56,086 nucleotides of DNA from Bacteroidales bacterium. GTDB taxonomy: Bacteria; Bacteroidota; Bacteroidia; Bacteroidales; UBA932. Shown piece by piece: positions 16,374-26,239 of this stretch. The notes under the pieces are model-generated. The model searched no databases and was not told the DNA's origin. It was given only the letters and a program-made list of their open reading frames with translations. The translations under genes were made by a program, and so were the position numbers. Numbering within the stretch: the stretch's first letter is position 1; every line of letters starts with the position of its first letter. The stretch is taken from NCBI GenBank assembly GCA_021443605.1, contig JABUTQ010000051.1, positions 1-56,086 on the forward strand. Reading direction: 5' to 3'.

Positions 16374-17330
16374 TTATCTGTTGCGTGTCAGCAGATTTCG
16401 GGCGAGATCGGCAAGAAGCGCCTTGGCTCTGCTCTCCGGAAGAGGGACGAGAGCATCTATCGCCAATGCCGTTTCGTTGGTAAAACAATCCCTGGCATAT
16501 TCCATCCCGCCTTTATTTTCCACAAAGGAGAGAACCTCCTTTATATCTCCCTTTCTGATTTGAGAGACAACCTCTTCGCACTCGGTTTTGGAAGCGCGGT
16601 TTAAAGCGCCCAGGAGCGGAAGAGTGATTTTCTGCTCGGTGATGTCGTTGCCGGCAGCCTTTCCGGTGTCCAGATGGGGAGAGTAGTCGAGGATATCGTC
16701 TTCCATCTGGAAGGCGCGCCCAAGATGGTGGGCGTATGAATCCACGGCATCGACATACTCTTGCGGAGCATCCACAGAAAAGGCTCCGCCAACCATTGCA
16801 GCACGAAACAAAGATGCTGTTTTACAGTCGATTATGCTCAAATAATCTTCCAACGACATCTCCAGGGAATCTGATTTCTGCATCTGGAGCATCTCCCCCA
16901 TCGCGAGTTCTTCGATGCATTTTCCGTAGCTCTTGAACACCCTTTTGTCGCAGTCGTCTATAATCGTGCGGATGGCGCTCGCGAGCCAATAGTCTCCCAC
17001 GAGAACAGATGCCGCAGGAGAATAGAGCGACATCACGTTCGGCTTTCCGCGCCTCACTGTGGCATTGTCGGCCACATCGTCGTGAAGCAATGTGGCGGTG
17101 TGAATCATCTCGGCCGCGGCGGCACACAATATCGCCGGTTCCGAAGCCGCGCCACTGCAGGCGTGGGCAGAAAGCAGACACAACATCGGGCGGAGACACT
17201 TACCCGAAGTTGAGAAAAGATATTCGTTTATTTTGTTCAAAAGAGGTATTTCAGAACCCAAGTTCTTGAAAAATACCTCTTTGAAGTAAATCCAGTCTTT
17301 CCCAAGGTAATCTGTTACGGCCTGGGTCAT
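16374..17330 (-). CDS. ispB: Polyprenyl diphosphate synthase (octaprenyl-type)
   Basis: First and second Asp-rich motifs LLHDDVADN and MEDDILD. Confidence 0.9.
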   Translation of the reverse strand: MTQAVTDYLGKDWIYFKEVFFKNLGSEIPLLNKINEYLFSTSGKCLRPMLCLLSAHACSGAASEPAILCAAAAEMIHTATLLHDDVADNATVRRGKPNVMSLYSPAASVLVGDYWLASAIRTIIDDCDKRVFKSYGKCIEELAMGEMLQMQKSDSLEMSLEDYLSIIDCKTASLFRAAMVGGAFSVDAPQEYVDAVDSYAHHLGRAFQMEDDILDYSPHLDTGKAAGNDITEQKITLPLLGALNRASKTECEEVVSQIRKGDIKEVLSFVENKGGMEYARDCFTNETALAIDALVPLPESRAKALLADLARNLLTRNR

Positions 17331-17336
17331 AGAGAT

Positions 17337-17969
17337 TTAGAATCTGAAGGCGATTGAAACGTCAAGGCAGTTGGCGGTTCCCTTACGCATACTCTTGAGC
17401 TGCGAAGCATAATCTTTCCAAGATACCACTTGCCCAAAGTTCCAAGAATATTTCGCACTGATCTGGAACTTGTAAATCTCGATACCGCCACCGACACCCA
17501 CTCCGTATGAGAAGCGGTTTGCGTCTTTGGTAAACTCTTGGATAAGCGGAGCGATTACAGAATTCTTTTTTGCAGAAACTTTATTGATGATACTGTAACC
17601 GATGAAGGGGCTCACCTGGATGTAAGGCCTGCACACAACGAGATCCGGTCCCCACTGAACATTTACGGGAAGCTCCAGATAATTCATTCTCCAATTGACA
17701 TCCCCAATCTTTGTACCCTTTTGATTGATAAGCAGTTCCGGCTGAACAGAAAATCCTGCGGCAGTGCCGGACTGGAATCCGATGCCTGCATGCCAGCCGA
17801 CATAGTTTCTAACCTCGCCGATAAGAGCCGTAATGTCACTGCTTGCATTCTTGAGGTCAAAGTTTGAGTAGCTCAAACCACCTTTTATTACCACGCCCTG
17901 GGCTGCAGCAGAATTGCAGAAACCGGCAGTGAGCGCCAGCGCTGCAAGGAATGCATAAACTTTTTTCAT
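17337..17969 (-). CDS. Outer-membrane beta-barrel (porin-family) protein
   Basis: Signal peptide, alternating beta-strand pattern, the YLELPV motif typical of OMP_b-brl_2, and a C-terminal aromatic residue. Confidence 0.75.
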   Translation of the reverse strand: MKKVYAFLAALALTAGFCNSAAAQGVVIKGGLSYSNFDLKNASSDITALIGEVRNYVGWHAGIGFQSGTAAGFSVQPELLINQKGTKIGDVNWRMNYLELPVNVQWGPDLVVCRPYIQVSPFIGYSIINKVSAKKNSVIAPLIQEFTKDANRFSYGVGVGGGIEIYKFQISAKYSWNFGQVVSWKDYASQLKSMRKGTANCLDVSIAFRF

Positions 17970-17984
17970 TTGGATGGATTTAAA

Positions 17985-18299
17985 CTAAAACAATTTTTCA
18001 AGCTTTGCTACGATATCTTTCTTTGAAACGGCGCCAACACTGCGATCCACAAGCTCTCCACCTTTAAAGAAAAGGAGTGTGGGGATGTTTCTGATACCAT
18101 ATTTCATAGGGGCTTCGCTGCACTCGTCCACATTGCACTTTGCAACCACAACCTTGCTTTCGTACTCGGTTGAAATCTCGTCAACGATAGGGGAAATCAT
18201 TCTGCAAGGGCCGCACCAAGTGGCCCAAAAATCTACCATTACCGGCTGTTCGCCAGATATAACTTCTTGAAAATTAGCGTCATTAATAACCTGTGCCAT
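17985..18299 (-). CDS. trxA: Thioredoxin
   Basis: WCGPC active site, 104 aa. Confidence 0.95.
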   Translation of the reverse strand: MAQVINDANFQEVISGEQPVMVDFWATWCGPCRMISPIVDEISTEYESKVVVAKCNVDECSEAPMKYGIRNIPTLLFFKGGELVDRSVGAVSKKDIVAKLEKLF

Positions 18300-18392
18300 A
18301 ATCTTTGACTTTTAAATTTTAAAAATAAGAAAGACGAAGATACTATTTTTCGATAAAAAAACAATATCTCCGCCTTTTTCATATCCAACTTG

Positions 18393-18686
18393 TTATACCG
18401 TCTGCTCTATATTCCAGACGAATGCACGCACTCCGATTGCCTTGTTTCGGATATCAAGTCTCTTTACTACATCGAGAAGCTCCGCAACGCGGTCATCGTC
18501 AACAACCGTTATCACGGCTGAGTTCATCTCCGGCCATGCGTGGGTACCGCGACGAGGCTCGCCGCCGTTGGTTCCGCGCCCCTGAACCTCTTCAAAGAGG
18601 GTAAAGCCTGAAATCTTCAATTCGTCGAGCAAAAACTCTACACGCTCGGTATTAGCTTGGTTAAAAACTATGAATACTGCTTTCAT
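18393..18686 (-). CDS. Small P-II-like, transporter-associated protein
   Basis: 97 aa. The pattern MKAVFIVFN...GFTLFEEVQGRG...AVITVV suggests a beta-alpha-beta P-II/DUF3240-like fold. Its ATG shares one nucleotide with the RND pump stop (TAATG). Confidence 0.55.
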   Translation of the reverse strand: MKAVFIVFNQANTERVEFLLDELKISGFTLFEEVQGRGTNGGEPRRGTHAWPEMNSAVITVVDDDRVAELLDVVKRLDIRNKAIGVRAFVWNIEQTV

Positions 18687-21600
18687 TATTTATCCTCCTT
18701 TGTTGATAACTGCATAAATATGAACTCCTTACGTGTCTTAGAAATCTTATCTCTCTCACCGCTGCGGCTGAGTGAGGCATAGAGAACAGGAACAATGATA
18801 AGGGTAATGAAGGTAGAAATCAGCAAACCACCGATAACCACGATACCCATCGGCTGCCACATCTCACTGCCGTCGCCCTGGCTCACTGCCATAGGCACCA
18901 TACCGAGGATGGTGGTGAAGGCTGTCATAAGCACCGGACGCAGACGGGATTCACCTGAAAGGGCGATAGCTTCATTGAGTTCGTGACCACGGTCGCGCAT
19001 CAAGTTGATATAGTCCACCAGCACGATACCGTTCTTGACCACAATACCCACAAGCATCACTATTCCAAGTGCACCAATCATATCGAGGGTAGTGCCGGTA
19101 ACCCAGAGGGCGAGCACCACGCCGGTGATAGCGAACGGAATTGACATTAGGATAATGGCCGGCTTGGCGAATGATTCAAACTGTGATGCCATCACGATAT
19201 ATACGAGGAGCACGATGAGCGCAAGGAGCAATCCCATATCGGCGAAGGTCTCCTGCTGGTCTTTGTATTGTCCTGCGAGGACGATATTCACACCACTCGG
19301 CAGGCTGACATCCGAAACGGCATCCTGAATCTGCACGGCAAGCTCTCCGAGAGACACTTCATAAGGCGTTACGTTAACGCTGACATATCTCTGACGGCTC
19401 TTGCGGTCGATTGTCGGAGGAGTAAACAACTCTTCAACCGTACCGATTTCACTGAGCTTAATCTGAGCTCCGGTAGCAGTAGGGATTGTAAGGTCTTGAA
19501 TATCAGCAATTGAATTTCTGTTATCCTCTTTTAGACGAACCACGATATCAAACTCGTCTCCATCTTCCTTGAGGTATCCGGCAAGCATTCCGTTCACGCG
19601 GTTTCTGATATATGTCGATACCACAGAAGAACTTAAACCGTGCATCGCAAGTTTTTCTTTGTCAAGAGTAACCTTCAGCTCGGGACGATCCTTGTCACGG
19701 CTCAACTTGATGTCACGGGCACCGGGGACCTTCTCTGCAATGACTCTCTTGATATTGTCGGCAACGATATTCGTCTCATCGAAATCGTATCCATAAACCT
19801 CAACGTTCACGGTATTTCCTCCGCCCATTCCCATTCCGCTGCTGGTAGTACACTGATAGGTGATGACTTCGGGATAGTTCTTCAACTCTTTACGGACAAC
19901 CTCGGCAATTTCGGTGATAGGACGCTCTCTCTTGTACTTCTTGCAGCAGACAAGCGTCATTGAAATCTTGTAGTTGCTCGTTGAGTTCATCATCGCTGAG
20001 ATACCTGCGTCGTCGTTGCTGCCGGCGGTGGTGGAGATTCGCTCAAGTTCGGGGATGAGGACAAAGAGTCTCTTTTCCAAAGCTCTGGCTGTGACGAGAG
20101 TCTGATCTATTCTGGTACCTGCGGCAAGCTCAACCGTTACGCTGAGACGGCCCGTATCGGACTGCTGCATGAAGTCGGTACCAATCAGTCCGAATGCGAA
20201 CGGAAGGAGTGACGCACCGAATATAAGAATCGCAACGATTATTGTTGCGGCCTTGTGGCGGAGGCAAAATCTCAATGCATTTCCATAGGCTGAGTCAACT
20301 TTGTCGAGAAACTTCACAACGGTTTTCTGATACCAGTGGGCTTCTTCGTGATGTTCAACGAGACGACCATTCTCATCAACACTTACCTTCTTGGATTTCA
20401 AGAGCTTAGAGCAAAGCATAGGGGTAAGTGAAATAGCCACTGCCGTTGACGTGCAGACAACTATCGTCACAATCCAACCGAGCTCCTTGAACATCACACC
20501 GGCCATTCCCTTGAGCATTGTCATCGGGACAAACACGGCAACGATAACCAAGGTTGTGGCAATTACGGAAATCCACACCTCGTTTGTGGCGTAGATGGCC
20601 GCCTCTCTCGGATTCGACCCTCTGTCGATATGCTTTGTAATGTTTTCAAGCACCACAATCGCATCGTCCACAACCATACCGATTGCAATGGTGAGTGAAC
20701 ACAATGAGATGATATTCAATGAACTGCCTGAAATGGCGAGATATATGAACGCTACGATGAGGGCAATAGGAATCGTGATACCGATAATGAACGTGGCCCT
20801 CCATTTTCCAAGGAAGAACAGCACCACGAGCACCACGAACAAAAGGGCGTAGAGGATAGACTCTTCCAGTGAATTGATTGCGTTCTGGATATCTTCGGAA
20901 GTATCGTAAAGAACACTTACGTTGATGTCGGAAGGGAGGGTTTTTGCGATTCTCTCCATCTCCTTGCGGACATCCTGGCAAATCTGGACGGTGTTTCCGC
21001 CGGTCTGTTTGGTAATCGTAATGCGGACACCATCCTCGCCATTGATTTTTTCATCGAGTGTGAGGTCTTTGATGGTATCACGCACTGCGGCGATATCACG
21101 CACGAAAACTTTTTGGCCGGTGGGGAGAGTTGTTACCACAACATTCTCTATCTCAGAGCTTTCGATATACTGGCTTCTTACCTGGAGCTGATACTCTTCG
21201 TGCTCCATCTTCACCCTGCCGGAAGACAGATTGAGGTTGTTTGCACTGATAGCCGATCCAACCGACTCGAGCGGAATCTTGAAGGCATCGAGCTTCTGCT
21301 GGTCTATGTCAACATACACATAGCGGTCGGGAGCACCGATGACGGAGATGTTACCGATACCATTCACGCGGTTCAGCTGAGGAACAACATCGTCGTTAAG
21401 AATCTTGTCAAGACCTGCATAACTCTCCTTTGCAGTAACGGAGAAGTTTATGATAGGCATTGAACTTGAGCTGAACTTGAATATGTAAGGGTTGCTGCAC
21501 CCGCTCGGGAGGTTGTCCTTGAGCATATCGATGTAAGAACGGATATCGTTCATAACCTCGTCGAGGTTGGTGCCCCATTCCATCTTGAGGACGACAACAG

Positions 21601-21865
21601 ACATATTGTCTCGTGAAGATGAAGTCATTTCATCGAGACCATCCACGGAGTTCAAGCTGTTTTCAACCAGCTTGGTGACATTCTCTTCGATTTCACTGGC
21701 ATTTGCACCGGGGTATGTGGTCATGACCGTAACGTACGGCGGCTCAATCTCCGGGAACTGATCGATAGGCAATCTCAGAAACGAGTAGATACCTATCACA
21801 ATCACGGCAACGAAAACCAATAGTGTCGTTACCGGCTTGTTAATCGCGGTTTTGTAAATACTCAT
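18686..21865 (-). CDS. RND efflux transporter, inner-membrane permease (AcrB/HAE family)
   Basis: 1059 aa, a 12-TM architecture with two large periplasmic loops, and an N-terminus AINKPVTTLLVFVAVIVIG...LPIDQFPEI typical of ACR_tran. Confidence 0.95.
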   Translation of the reverse strand: MSIYKTAINKPVTTLLVFVAVIVIGIYSFLRLPIDQFPEIEPPYVTVMTTYPGANASEIEENVTKLVENSLNSVDGLDEMTSSSRDNMSVVVLKMEWGTNLDEVMNDIRSYIDMLKDNLPSGCSNPYIFKFSSSSMPIINFSVTAKESYAGLDKILNDDVVPQLNRVNGIGNISVIGAPDRYVYVDIDQQKLDAFKIPLESVGSAISANNLNLSSGRVKMEHEEYQLQVRSQYIESSEIENVVVTTLPTGQKVFVRDIAAVRDTIKDLTLDEKINGEDGVRITITKQTGGNTVQICQDVRKEMERIAKTLPSDINVSVLYDTSEDIQNAINSLEESILYALLFVVLVVLFFLGKWRATFIIGITIPIALIVAFIYLAISGSSLNIISLCSLTIAIGMVVDDAIVVLENITKHIDRGSNPREAAIYATNEVWISVIATTLVIVAVFVPMTMLKGMAGVMFKELGWIVTIVVCTSTAVAISLTPMLCSKLLKSKKVSVDENGRLVEHHEEAHWYQKTVVKFLDKVDSAYGNALRFCLRHKAATIIVAILIFGASLLPFAFGLIGTDFMQQSDTGRLSVTVELAAGTRIDQTLVTARALEKRLFVLIPELERISTTAGSNDDAGISAMMNSTSNYKISMTLVCCKKYKRERPITEIAEVVRKELKNYPEVITYQCTTSSGMGMGGGNTVNVEVYGYDFDETNIVADNIKRVIAEKVPGARDIKLSRDKDRPELKVTLDKEKLAMHGLSSSVVSTYIRNRVNGMLAGYLKEDGDEFDIVVRLKEDNRNSIADIQDLTIPTATGAQIKLSEIGTVEELFTPPTIDRKSRQRYVSVNVTPYEVSLGELAVQIQDAVSDVSLPSGVNIVLAGQYKDQQETFADMGLLLALIVLLVYIVMASQFESFAKPAIILMSIPFAITGVVLALWVTGTTLDMIGALGIVMLVGIVVKNGIVLVDYINLMRDRGHELNEAIALSGESRLRPVLMTAFTTILGMVPMAVSQGDGSEMWQPMGIVVIGGLLISTFITLIIVPVLYASLSRSGERDKISKTRKEFIFMQLSTKEDK

Positions 21866-21879
21866 TGATTTTCAGCTGT

Positions 21880-22887
21880 TTAGTTAAACTTCAACTTTAC
21901 TCCGTCAACAAGGCGCTCTGCCCCTGTGGTCACGATTTCAACACCTTCGGTGATTTCGTCCGCAATCACTTCGATGCGATCGTCGAAACGCTGTCCGAGC
22001 TTTACGAACACGCGCTTTGCCACACCGTTCTCGTTAAGATATACGTAACGCTCGTTGCTGCCGATGAGCTTCTGGACGCTCTGGTAAGGAACAACCATTG
22101 CTTCTGCCTTGCCGAGGGCGATTGTGGTGTTTGCATACATACCAGGACGGAGCAATTCATTTCCGTTGGGAATCTTGAGCTTAACCTTGAAAGTGTGGCT
22201 TGCAGCATCGATGGTCGGATGAACGATTTCTATTGTTGCGGGGAAAACCTTATCGGGATAGATTGAAGTTGTAATGTCAACGTTCATTCCCTTCTTTACA
22301 AGCGGGAAATAGTTTTCGGGAATGTTTACGTAAGCGCGGAGAACATTGATTTGAGTAAGTGTCAAAATGGCCTGTCCGCTGTAAAGCTCACCATCTTCGT
22401 AATTCTTGGCAGAGATTACGCCGGGGTAGCGTGCCTTTACGAAAGTATTGGTTTCGAGGAATTTAAGACTTTCACAAGCTTGGTCGTATCCAAGTTTTGT
22501 CTGATCCAAAGCCTGCTGTGAAACGGAGCCGCTCTCGCGGAGAGCCTCCATACGGCTGAGCTCAAGCTGAAGGTTGGACACCGACAATTTTGCATTGTTG
22601 TACTGCTGCTGGTCCATTCTCACCAGATTCGTACCGGCTGAAACCCTTGCTCCAACCTCAACGTAAATATGCTCGATTCTGCCGGTGAGAGAAGGAGCAA
22701 TACTCATAGTTTCGTATCCTTCGAGTGTGGTTGAAAGGTCCAGGACACGAGCCACTTCACTCTTTTGCAGTACGGTTGTCTTGACCAGTTCCTCACGAAC
22801 TTCTTCTTTTTCTACCTCCTTCTTTTTGCACCCGGTGAACAATACGAGGGCGCAAAGTCCAATTGTTGTAATCTTAACTAATTTCAT
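21880..22887 (-). CDS. RND efflux periplasmic adaptor (membrane-fusion protein)
   Basis: Lipoprotein signal LFTGC, coiled-coil hairpin and beta-barrel pattern, located between the TolC and RND genes. Confidence 0.9.
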   Translation of the reverse strand: MKLVKITTIGLCALVLFTGCKKKEVEKEEVREELVKTTVLQKSEVARVLDLSTTLEGYETMSIAPSLTGRIEHIYVEVGARVSAGTNLVRMDQQQYNNAKLSVSNLQLELSRMEALRESGSVSQQALDQTKLGYDQACESLKFLETNTFVKARYPGVISAKNYEDGELYSGQAILTLTQINVLRAYVNIPENYFPLVKKGMNVDITTSIYPDKVFPATIEIVHPTIDAASHTFKVKLKIPNGNELLRPGMYANTTIALGKAEAMVVPYQSVQKLIGSNERYVYLNENGVAKRVFVKLGQRFDDRIEVIADEITEGVEIVTTGAERLVDGVKLKFN

Positions 22888-22898
22888 ATTTCTGATAT

Positions 22899-24194
22899 TT
22901 ATTTATTCAAAAGTTTTTCAAGTTCGATTTGGGCATTCACAAACTCCAGGATTGACTGCACGTAACTGCTCTGCGCATTGATGAGGTTTGTGCCCGAGTT
23001 TGTAAGCTCCATTGCAGAAGCCACGCCCTGCTCATATTTCTTTGAAATGTTGTTGAACACGCGCTGCATCACGTCTATGTTCTTTTTCTGTGTGTTGTAG
23101 CTGTCGAAAGCAGACTGGAGATTGTAGCACAACTGCTTGTGCTGCACGAGCAAAGCCTGCTCTGTGTCTGCGAGGACGTTCTGCTGTTTCTGGTATGCCA
23201 GCTTGCTTGCTTTGGCTGTGTGCAACCTGTTGGTGCTCGAGAAGATAGGTACGCTCAATGAAACTCCAACCATATTCGGGGGAGTCATATTCATTGTCTG
23301 CTCGTCTGAAAGGTATTTCTTTGCAGAATATTGATGGAATGCACTCAAAGTGGGGCCGTATGCCCATTTTGAGAGGCTCCACTGTTTTTTTGCGAGCTCC
23401 GTGTTCTCTTTTACGAGCTGATAGTTGAAATTGTTGTCAAGGAAGAGCTCCTCATCCATCAAAGTCATCATATTATCGACATGGAGCAAATCATTCAACC
23501 CTTCGGTGAGGACTATTTCGGTATCAACGCCGGTATTGAGCTGGAGACGGAGGGAATTATACACCATCTCGCGAGAGCGCTGTGTGCTCGAAAGGGCATC
23601 GGTTACAGTGGCCATCTGAACGAGAATCTGGTCTGCGGCGGTCTGCTCCGAAACACCGACTTGCACTGAAGTAAGTGTCATATTGTACAGTTTTTCGAGA
23701 CTGGCTATATTCTCCCTGAGGTTCTTTATGACGTCTTCAGTCACGAGGGCGGAGAAATAGAGTGCCTTGACCTGGCTTTCCAGCTCCTGACGAGTCTGTC
23801 TGAGCGAAATGTCACTCATTTTCTTGGCTATATCATTTACCTGGACACCGATAAGCATCTGTGCGCTGAATGCTATGGATGTGGTGATTCCGAGATTAAG
23901 TGAGGGGGGCATCGCGATTTCACGCCCCATCAACTCCATTTTGTAACCGCAGTTTGTGGAGAAATCACCTTTTGCCGACACCTGTGGCAGCATCGATGCG
24001 ATGGAAGCCCATTTCTTCGCCTCCGCTGCCTGCACGTCCAATGATGCGTTCTGAAGCGAGCGATTTCTCTCTATTGCCATCTCCTGAGCTTCTTTTAAGG
24101 ACAAACTGACCAAATTTTGGGCAAATCCACCCTCCAACGACCAACTTAACACCAAAGCGGCCACAAATACATTTCTAAACAATACTTTAAGCAT
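22899..24194 (-). CDS. TolC-family outer-membrane efflux protein
   Basis: Signal peptide, a two-repeat OEP architecture of 431 aa, and first position in the efflux operon. Confidence 0.9.
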   Translation of the reverse strand: MLKVLFRNVFVAALVLSWSLEGGFAQNLVSLSLKEAQEMAIERNRSLQNASLDVQAAEAKKWASIASMLPQVSAKGDFSTNCGYKMELMGREIAMPPSLNLGITTSIAFSAQMLIGVQVNDIAKKMSDISLRQTRQELESQVKALYFSALVTEDVIKNLRENIASLEKLYNMTLTSVQVGVSEQTAADQILVQMATVTDALSSTQRSREMVYNSLRLQLNTGVDTEIVLTEGLNDLLHVDNMMTLMDEELFLDNNFNYQLVKENTELAKKQWSLSKWAYGPTLSAFHQYSAKKYLSDEQTMNMTPPNMVGVSLSVPIFSSTNRLHTAKASKLAYQKQQNVLADTEQALLVQHKQLCYNLQSAFDSYNTQKKNIDVMQRVFNNISKKYEQGVASAMELTNSGTNLINAQSSYVQSILEFVNAQIELEKLLNK

Positions 24195-24268
24195 ATAAAA
24201 TCATTTTCAAATATTAGACAAGCGTATTAAACTCTCAAAAATTGTTCCATTTTTGACTAAAAGGGCCG

Positions 24269-24276
24269 CAAAGATA
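24269..24276 (-). promoter_or_regulatory. -7 box TATCTTTG for the efflux operon
   Basis: Plus-strand caaagata, 75 nt upstream of the TolC ATG. Confidence 0.35.
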
Positions 24277-24342
24277 TTGTTTTCAAATTTTATTCGCAAA
24301 TTATCATTTAAATTAAAATTTGAATTATTAAAAACAGCTTCT

Positions 24343-24350
24343 TAACTTTG
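24343..24350 (+). promoter_or_regulatory. -7 box TAACTTTG for kbl
   Basis: Exact TAnnTTTG match 30 nt upstream of the ATG at 24380. Confidence 0.5.
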
Positions 24351-24379
24351 TTAGATGATTTCAAAAAAAATATAACGCC

Positions 24380-25570
24380 ATGTATAATAATTTTCAAAAG
24401 TATCTCCAGGACGAGCTCCAATCGATAAAGGATGCCGGCCTGTATAAAAATGAAAGAGTCATCACCTCTCCGCAACAGGCCCAGATAAAAGTGGGAGATG
24501 GCGATGACGTGCTCAACTTCTGCGCAAACAACTATCTCGGCCTTGCAAACAACCCCGAGCTGATAGCAGCCGCAAAGGAAGCACTTGACACTCACGGATA
24601 TGGAATGTCTTCTGTCCGCTTCATCTGCGGCACCGGAGACCTCCACAAAAAATTGGAAGAGTCTATCGCAAATTTCTTCGGCACAGAAGACACTATACTC
24701 TACGCATCTTGCTTCGATGCAAACGGAGGCGTTTTCGAGCCGCTGCTCGATGAAAACGACGCCATCATTTCCGATGCTCTCAACCACGCTTCAATCATCG
24801 ACGGTGTGCGTCTGTGCAAGGCTGTCCGCTATCGTTACGCAAATGCTAATATGGAAGAGCTTGAAGAGTGCCTCAAGAAGGCTCAGTCACAGAGACACAG
24901 ACTTATCGTTACCGACGGCGTGTTCTCAATGGACGGAAACGTGGCTCCGCTCGACAAGATTCACGCTCTTGCAGAGAAATACGATGCAATGGTGATGGTG
25001 GATGAAAGCCACTCCGCCGGTGTCGTAGGCCACACAGGTCGCGGAACCACAGAGCTTTACAACCTCCGCGGCGAGATAGAGATTCTCACCGGCACCCTTG
25101 GAAAGTCATTCGGAGGCGCAGTGGGCGGCTTTACTACCGGCAAGAAAGAGATTATTGCAATGCTTCGCCAGCGCTCCCGTCCATATCTCTTCTCAAATTC
25201 TATCCCTCCTATGATTGCCGCAGCCGGCATCAAGATGTTTGAGATGATGTCTGCCACCAACAAGCTTCAAGACAAGCTTCACGCAAACACGGACTATTTC
25301 GTGGCAGCCATGAAGGGGGCAGGATTTGATATAAAGCCCACTCAGTCAGCAATTTGCGCAGTAATGCTCTATGATGCTCCGCTGTCGCAGAAATTTGCTG
25401 CCCGCCTTCAGGAAGAGGGAATTTATGTAACGGGATTCTACTATCCGGTAGTGCCTAAGGGACAGGCGCGCATCCGAGTACAAGTGAGCGCAGGACACGA
25501 AAAAGAGCATCTCGACAAATGCGTTGCTGCATTTACCAAGATTGGGAAAGAGCTCGGTGTCCTGAAATAG
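24380..25570 (+). CDS. kbl: Glycine C-acetyltransferase (2-amino-3-ketobutyrate CoA ligase)
   Basis: Co-linear and highly similar by eye to E. coli Kbl (NFCANNYLGLAN, SVRFICGT, ISDALNHASIIDGVRLCKA, TDGVFSMDG, TGTLGK, RQRSRPYLFSNS). Confidence 0.9.
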   Translation: MYNNFQKYLQDELQSIKDAGLYKNERVITSPQQAQIKVGDGDDVLNFCANNYLGLANNPELIAAAKEALDTHGYGMSSVRFICGTGDLHKKLEESIANFFGTEDTILYASCFDANGGVFEPLLDENDAIISDALNHASIIDGVRLCKAVRYRYANANMEELEECLKKAQSQRHRLIVTDGVFSMDGNVAPLDKIHALAEKYDAMVMVDESHSAGVVGHTGRGTTELYNLRGEIEILTGTLGKSFGGAVGGFTTGKKEIIAMLRQRSRPYLFSNSIPPMIAAAGIKMFEMMSATNKLQDKLHANTDYFVAAMKGAGFDIKPTQSAICAVMLYDAPLSQKFAARLQEEGIYVTGFYYPVVPKGQARIRVQVSAGHEKEHLDKCVAAFTKIGKELGVLK

Positions 25571-26239
25571 TTACAGGCGGAAGGCGGTGTAAGTTATCGG
25601 CTTCCCCTCCTTTAGAAACATACTTTCGTAGAAAGTCTTGACAGAGAGAATGTCGCCATCGGTAACACGGCCACTGCCGTAGATGTCGGCATTCTTTTCT
25701 ATTATCTCCAGCCCAAGCGACTCTGCCGTTTCGATTGTAAACTCGTGCAGCAACTGGCTGTCTGTCTTCAAGTTGACGATACCGCCTTTTTTCAAAAAAC
25801 CGCGATAGCGGTCGAGAAACATAGGATGCGTGAGCCGCTTGCGAGGCTTTTTGGGCTGAGGGTCGGCGAAGGTTATCCATATCTCGCTTATCTCGTCAGG
25901 GCCAAAAATAGAACCTATGAAATCGATGCGGGTGCGCAGGAACGCCACATTCCCCATATTGTTCTCGGTAGCGAACTTAGCCCCCTTCCACAGGCGCGCA
26001 CCCTTGATGTCAACACCGATATAGTTGATGTTTGGATTGCGCTGCGCAAGGGCAATCGTATATTCCCCCTTGCCGCATCCGAGCTCCACCACTATGGGGT
26101 TGCTGTTGCCGAATATCTGTTCGTTCCAGTGCCCTTTCAAAGGATGGTCTCCACGGAGCATCTCGTCCATAGGGGGCTGTATCAGGCACTTGAACGATTC
26201 ATTTTCACGAAATTTCCTTATCTTATCTTTTCCGCTCAT
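25571..26239 (-). CDS. trmB: tRNA (guanine46-N7)-methyltransferase
   Basis: SAM-binding VELGCGKGEY and FADPQPKK motifs. Confidence 0.9.
   Translation of the reverse strand: MSGKDKIRKFRENESFKCLIQPPMDEMLRGDHPLKGHWNEQIFGNSNPIVVELGCGKGEYTIALAQRNPNINYIGVDIKGARLWKGAKFATENNMGNVAFLRTRIDFIGSIFGPDEISEIWITFADPQPKKPRKRLTHPMFLDRYRGFLKKGGIVNLKTDSQLLHEFTIETAESLGLEIIEKNADIYGSGRVTDGDILSVKTFYESMFLKEGKPITYTAFRL

Noticed and set aside
24308-24787. 159-aa minus-strand ORF overlapping the kbl 5' end and its promoter
   Set aside because: kbl on the plus strand is co-linear with E. coli Kbl. The antisense ORF has no recognisable features.
24380-25570. The alpha-oxoamine synthase might be the Bacteroides serine palmitoyltransferase of sphingolipid synthesis rather than Kbl
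   Set aside because: It matches E. coli Kbl almost block-for-block along its whole length, which is far closer than SPT would be. A phylogeny would settle it.
25565-25576. kbl and trmB converge with zero intergenic nucleotides (TAG at 25568-25570, TAA complement at 25571-25573)
   Set aside because: This is real but probably just compact genome organisation. I see no terminator or regulatory structure to interpret, so it is noted only as a curiosity.
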